In this document: in pieces, positions 63,870 to 64,000 of the stretch
Layout of the letters: each line of letters opens with the position of its first letter
Numbering within the stretch: the stretch's first letter is position 1
Assembly: GCA_035295225.1 (NCBI GenBank)
Contig: DATGJI010000016.1
Span: forward strand, 1,243-65,242
Reading direction: 5' to 3'
From: Candidatus Eremiobacteraceae bacterium
GTDB lineage: Bacteria; Vulcanimicrobiota; Vulcanimicrobiia; Eremiobacterales; Eremiobacteraceae
DNA: 64,000 nt
Translations under genes and position numbers: made by a program
Notes under the pieces: model-generated
What the model saw: the letters and a program-made list of their open reading frames with translations, nothing else
Database searches by the model: none
Told to the model about the DNA's origin: nothing

Positions 63870-64000
63870 GCGTTCCCGCCGTGCTGCTTGATCCATAGCC
63901 GCACGTTTTCCATGCGCGGATCGATATCGAGCACGGAAAGATTGGCATCGTGCATCGATGTCGCGATCGTCAGCCATTTAAGCGCTTGCTCTTGCTGGCC
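63866..64000 (-). CDS. 3-prime end of an unidentified gene continuing beyond the window
   Basis: Open frame from the window edge: ..[44 protein letters not shown]-stop. The stop overlaps the MoaD-like stop. Confidence 0.35.
   Translation of the reverse strand, partial: GQQEQALKWLTIATSMHDANLSVLDIDPRMENVRLWIKQHGGNA

Noticed and set aside
1-64000. A search for mobile-element or defence hallmarks: integrase, transposase, toxin-antitoxin, restriction-modification, cas, Abi or STAND NTPases.
   Set aside because: I recognised none in any frame. GC content and codon style look uniform apart from short promoter or spacer dips, so I do not claim a genomic island.

Overview
This is a high-GC (roughly 62-66 % by eye), gene-dense bacterial chromosomal segment. 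A TonB-like protein, a TonB-dependent receptor and many lipoproteins suggest a diderm organism. I found no rRNA, tRNA, CRISPR array, integrase, transposase or phage genes, and no recognisable defence module. The window reads as core or shell chromosome rather than a mobile island.

Content in order:
- DUF4132-type giant protein, glutaredoxin, TonB-like protein, queG
- MBL hydrolase, DUF47 + PiT phosphate transporter, arginase
- TonB-dependent receptor, BMP-type (nucleoside) ABC transporter, class-A beta-lactamase-like hydrolase, membrane HD-GYP protein
- csoR-ilvE, uppS, PHP phosphoesterase
- PolX, three secreted proteins of unknown function, family-B DNA polymerase
- Gfo/Idh/MocA oxidoreductase, O-methyltransferase, beta-propeller protein, DUF2975 + XRE pair
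- livFGMH plus binding protein, Mrp/ApbC
- three tandem cupredoxin-like lipoproteins + TlpA
- CoxD/CoxE/CoxF-like MoxR-VWA-XdhC trio
- a Lys-rich microprotein, CHASE3-PP2C phosphatase, BolA-Grx4
- a Cys-less CcdA-like protein + TPR partner, creatininase-family protein, YqjG-type GST, acyltransferase
- complete pqqABCDE operon (pqqA found by hand; it is too short for the ORF track)
- NHL-like propeller, OPT transporter, and a BNR-repeat protein translationally coupled to a MoaD/ThiS-like GG protein

The main second-look items are:
1. a HisKA-type DHp hairpin fused to an O-methyltransferase
2. the triplicated blue-copper-like lipoprotein cluster next to TlpA and an orphan CoxDEF-like maturation trio
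3. a 26-nt palindromic REP-like family at three loci, including a 32-bp-period tandem array
4. a stem-closed 100-nt loop carrying eight TCGCT pentamers
5. a strongly signalled 25-aa Lys/Ala microprotein
6. the BNR + MoaD-like pair
7. a CcdA homologue without redox cysteines

I cannot point to one clearly novel multi-gene system. All family assignments come from motif recognition by eye; no searches were run. Many long Arg-rich ORFs in the track are antisense shadows typical of high-GC DNA and were rejected.
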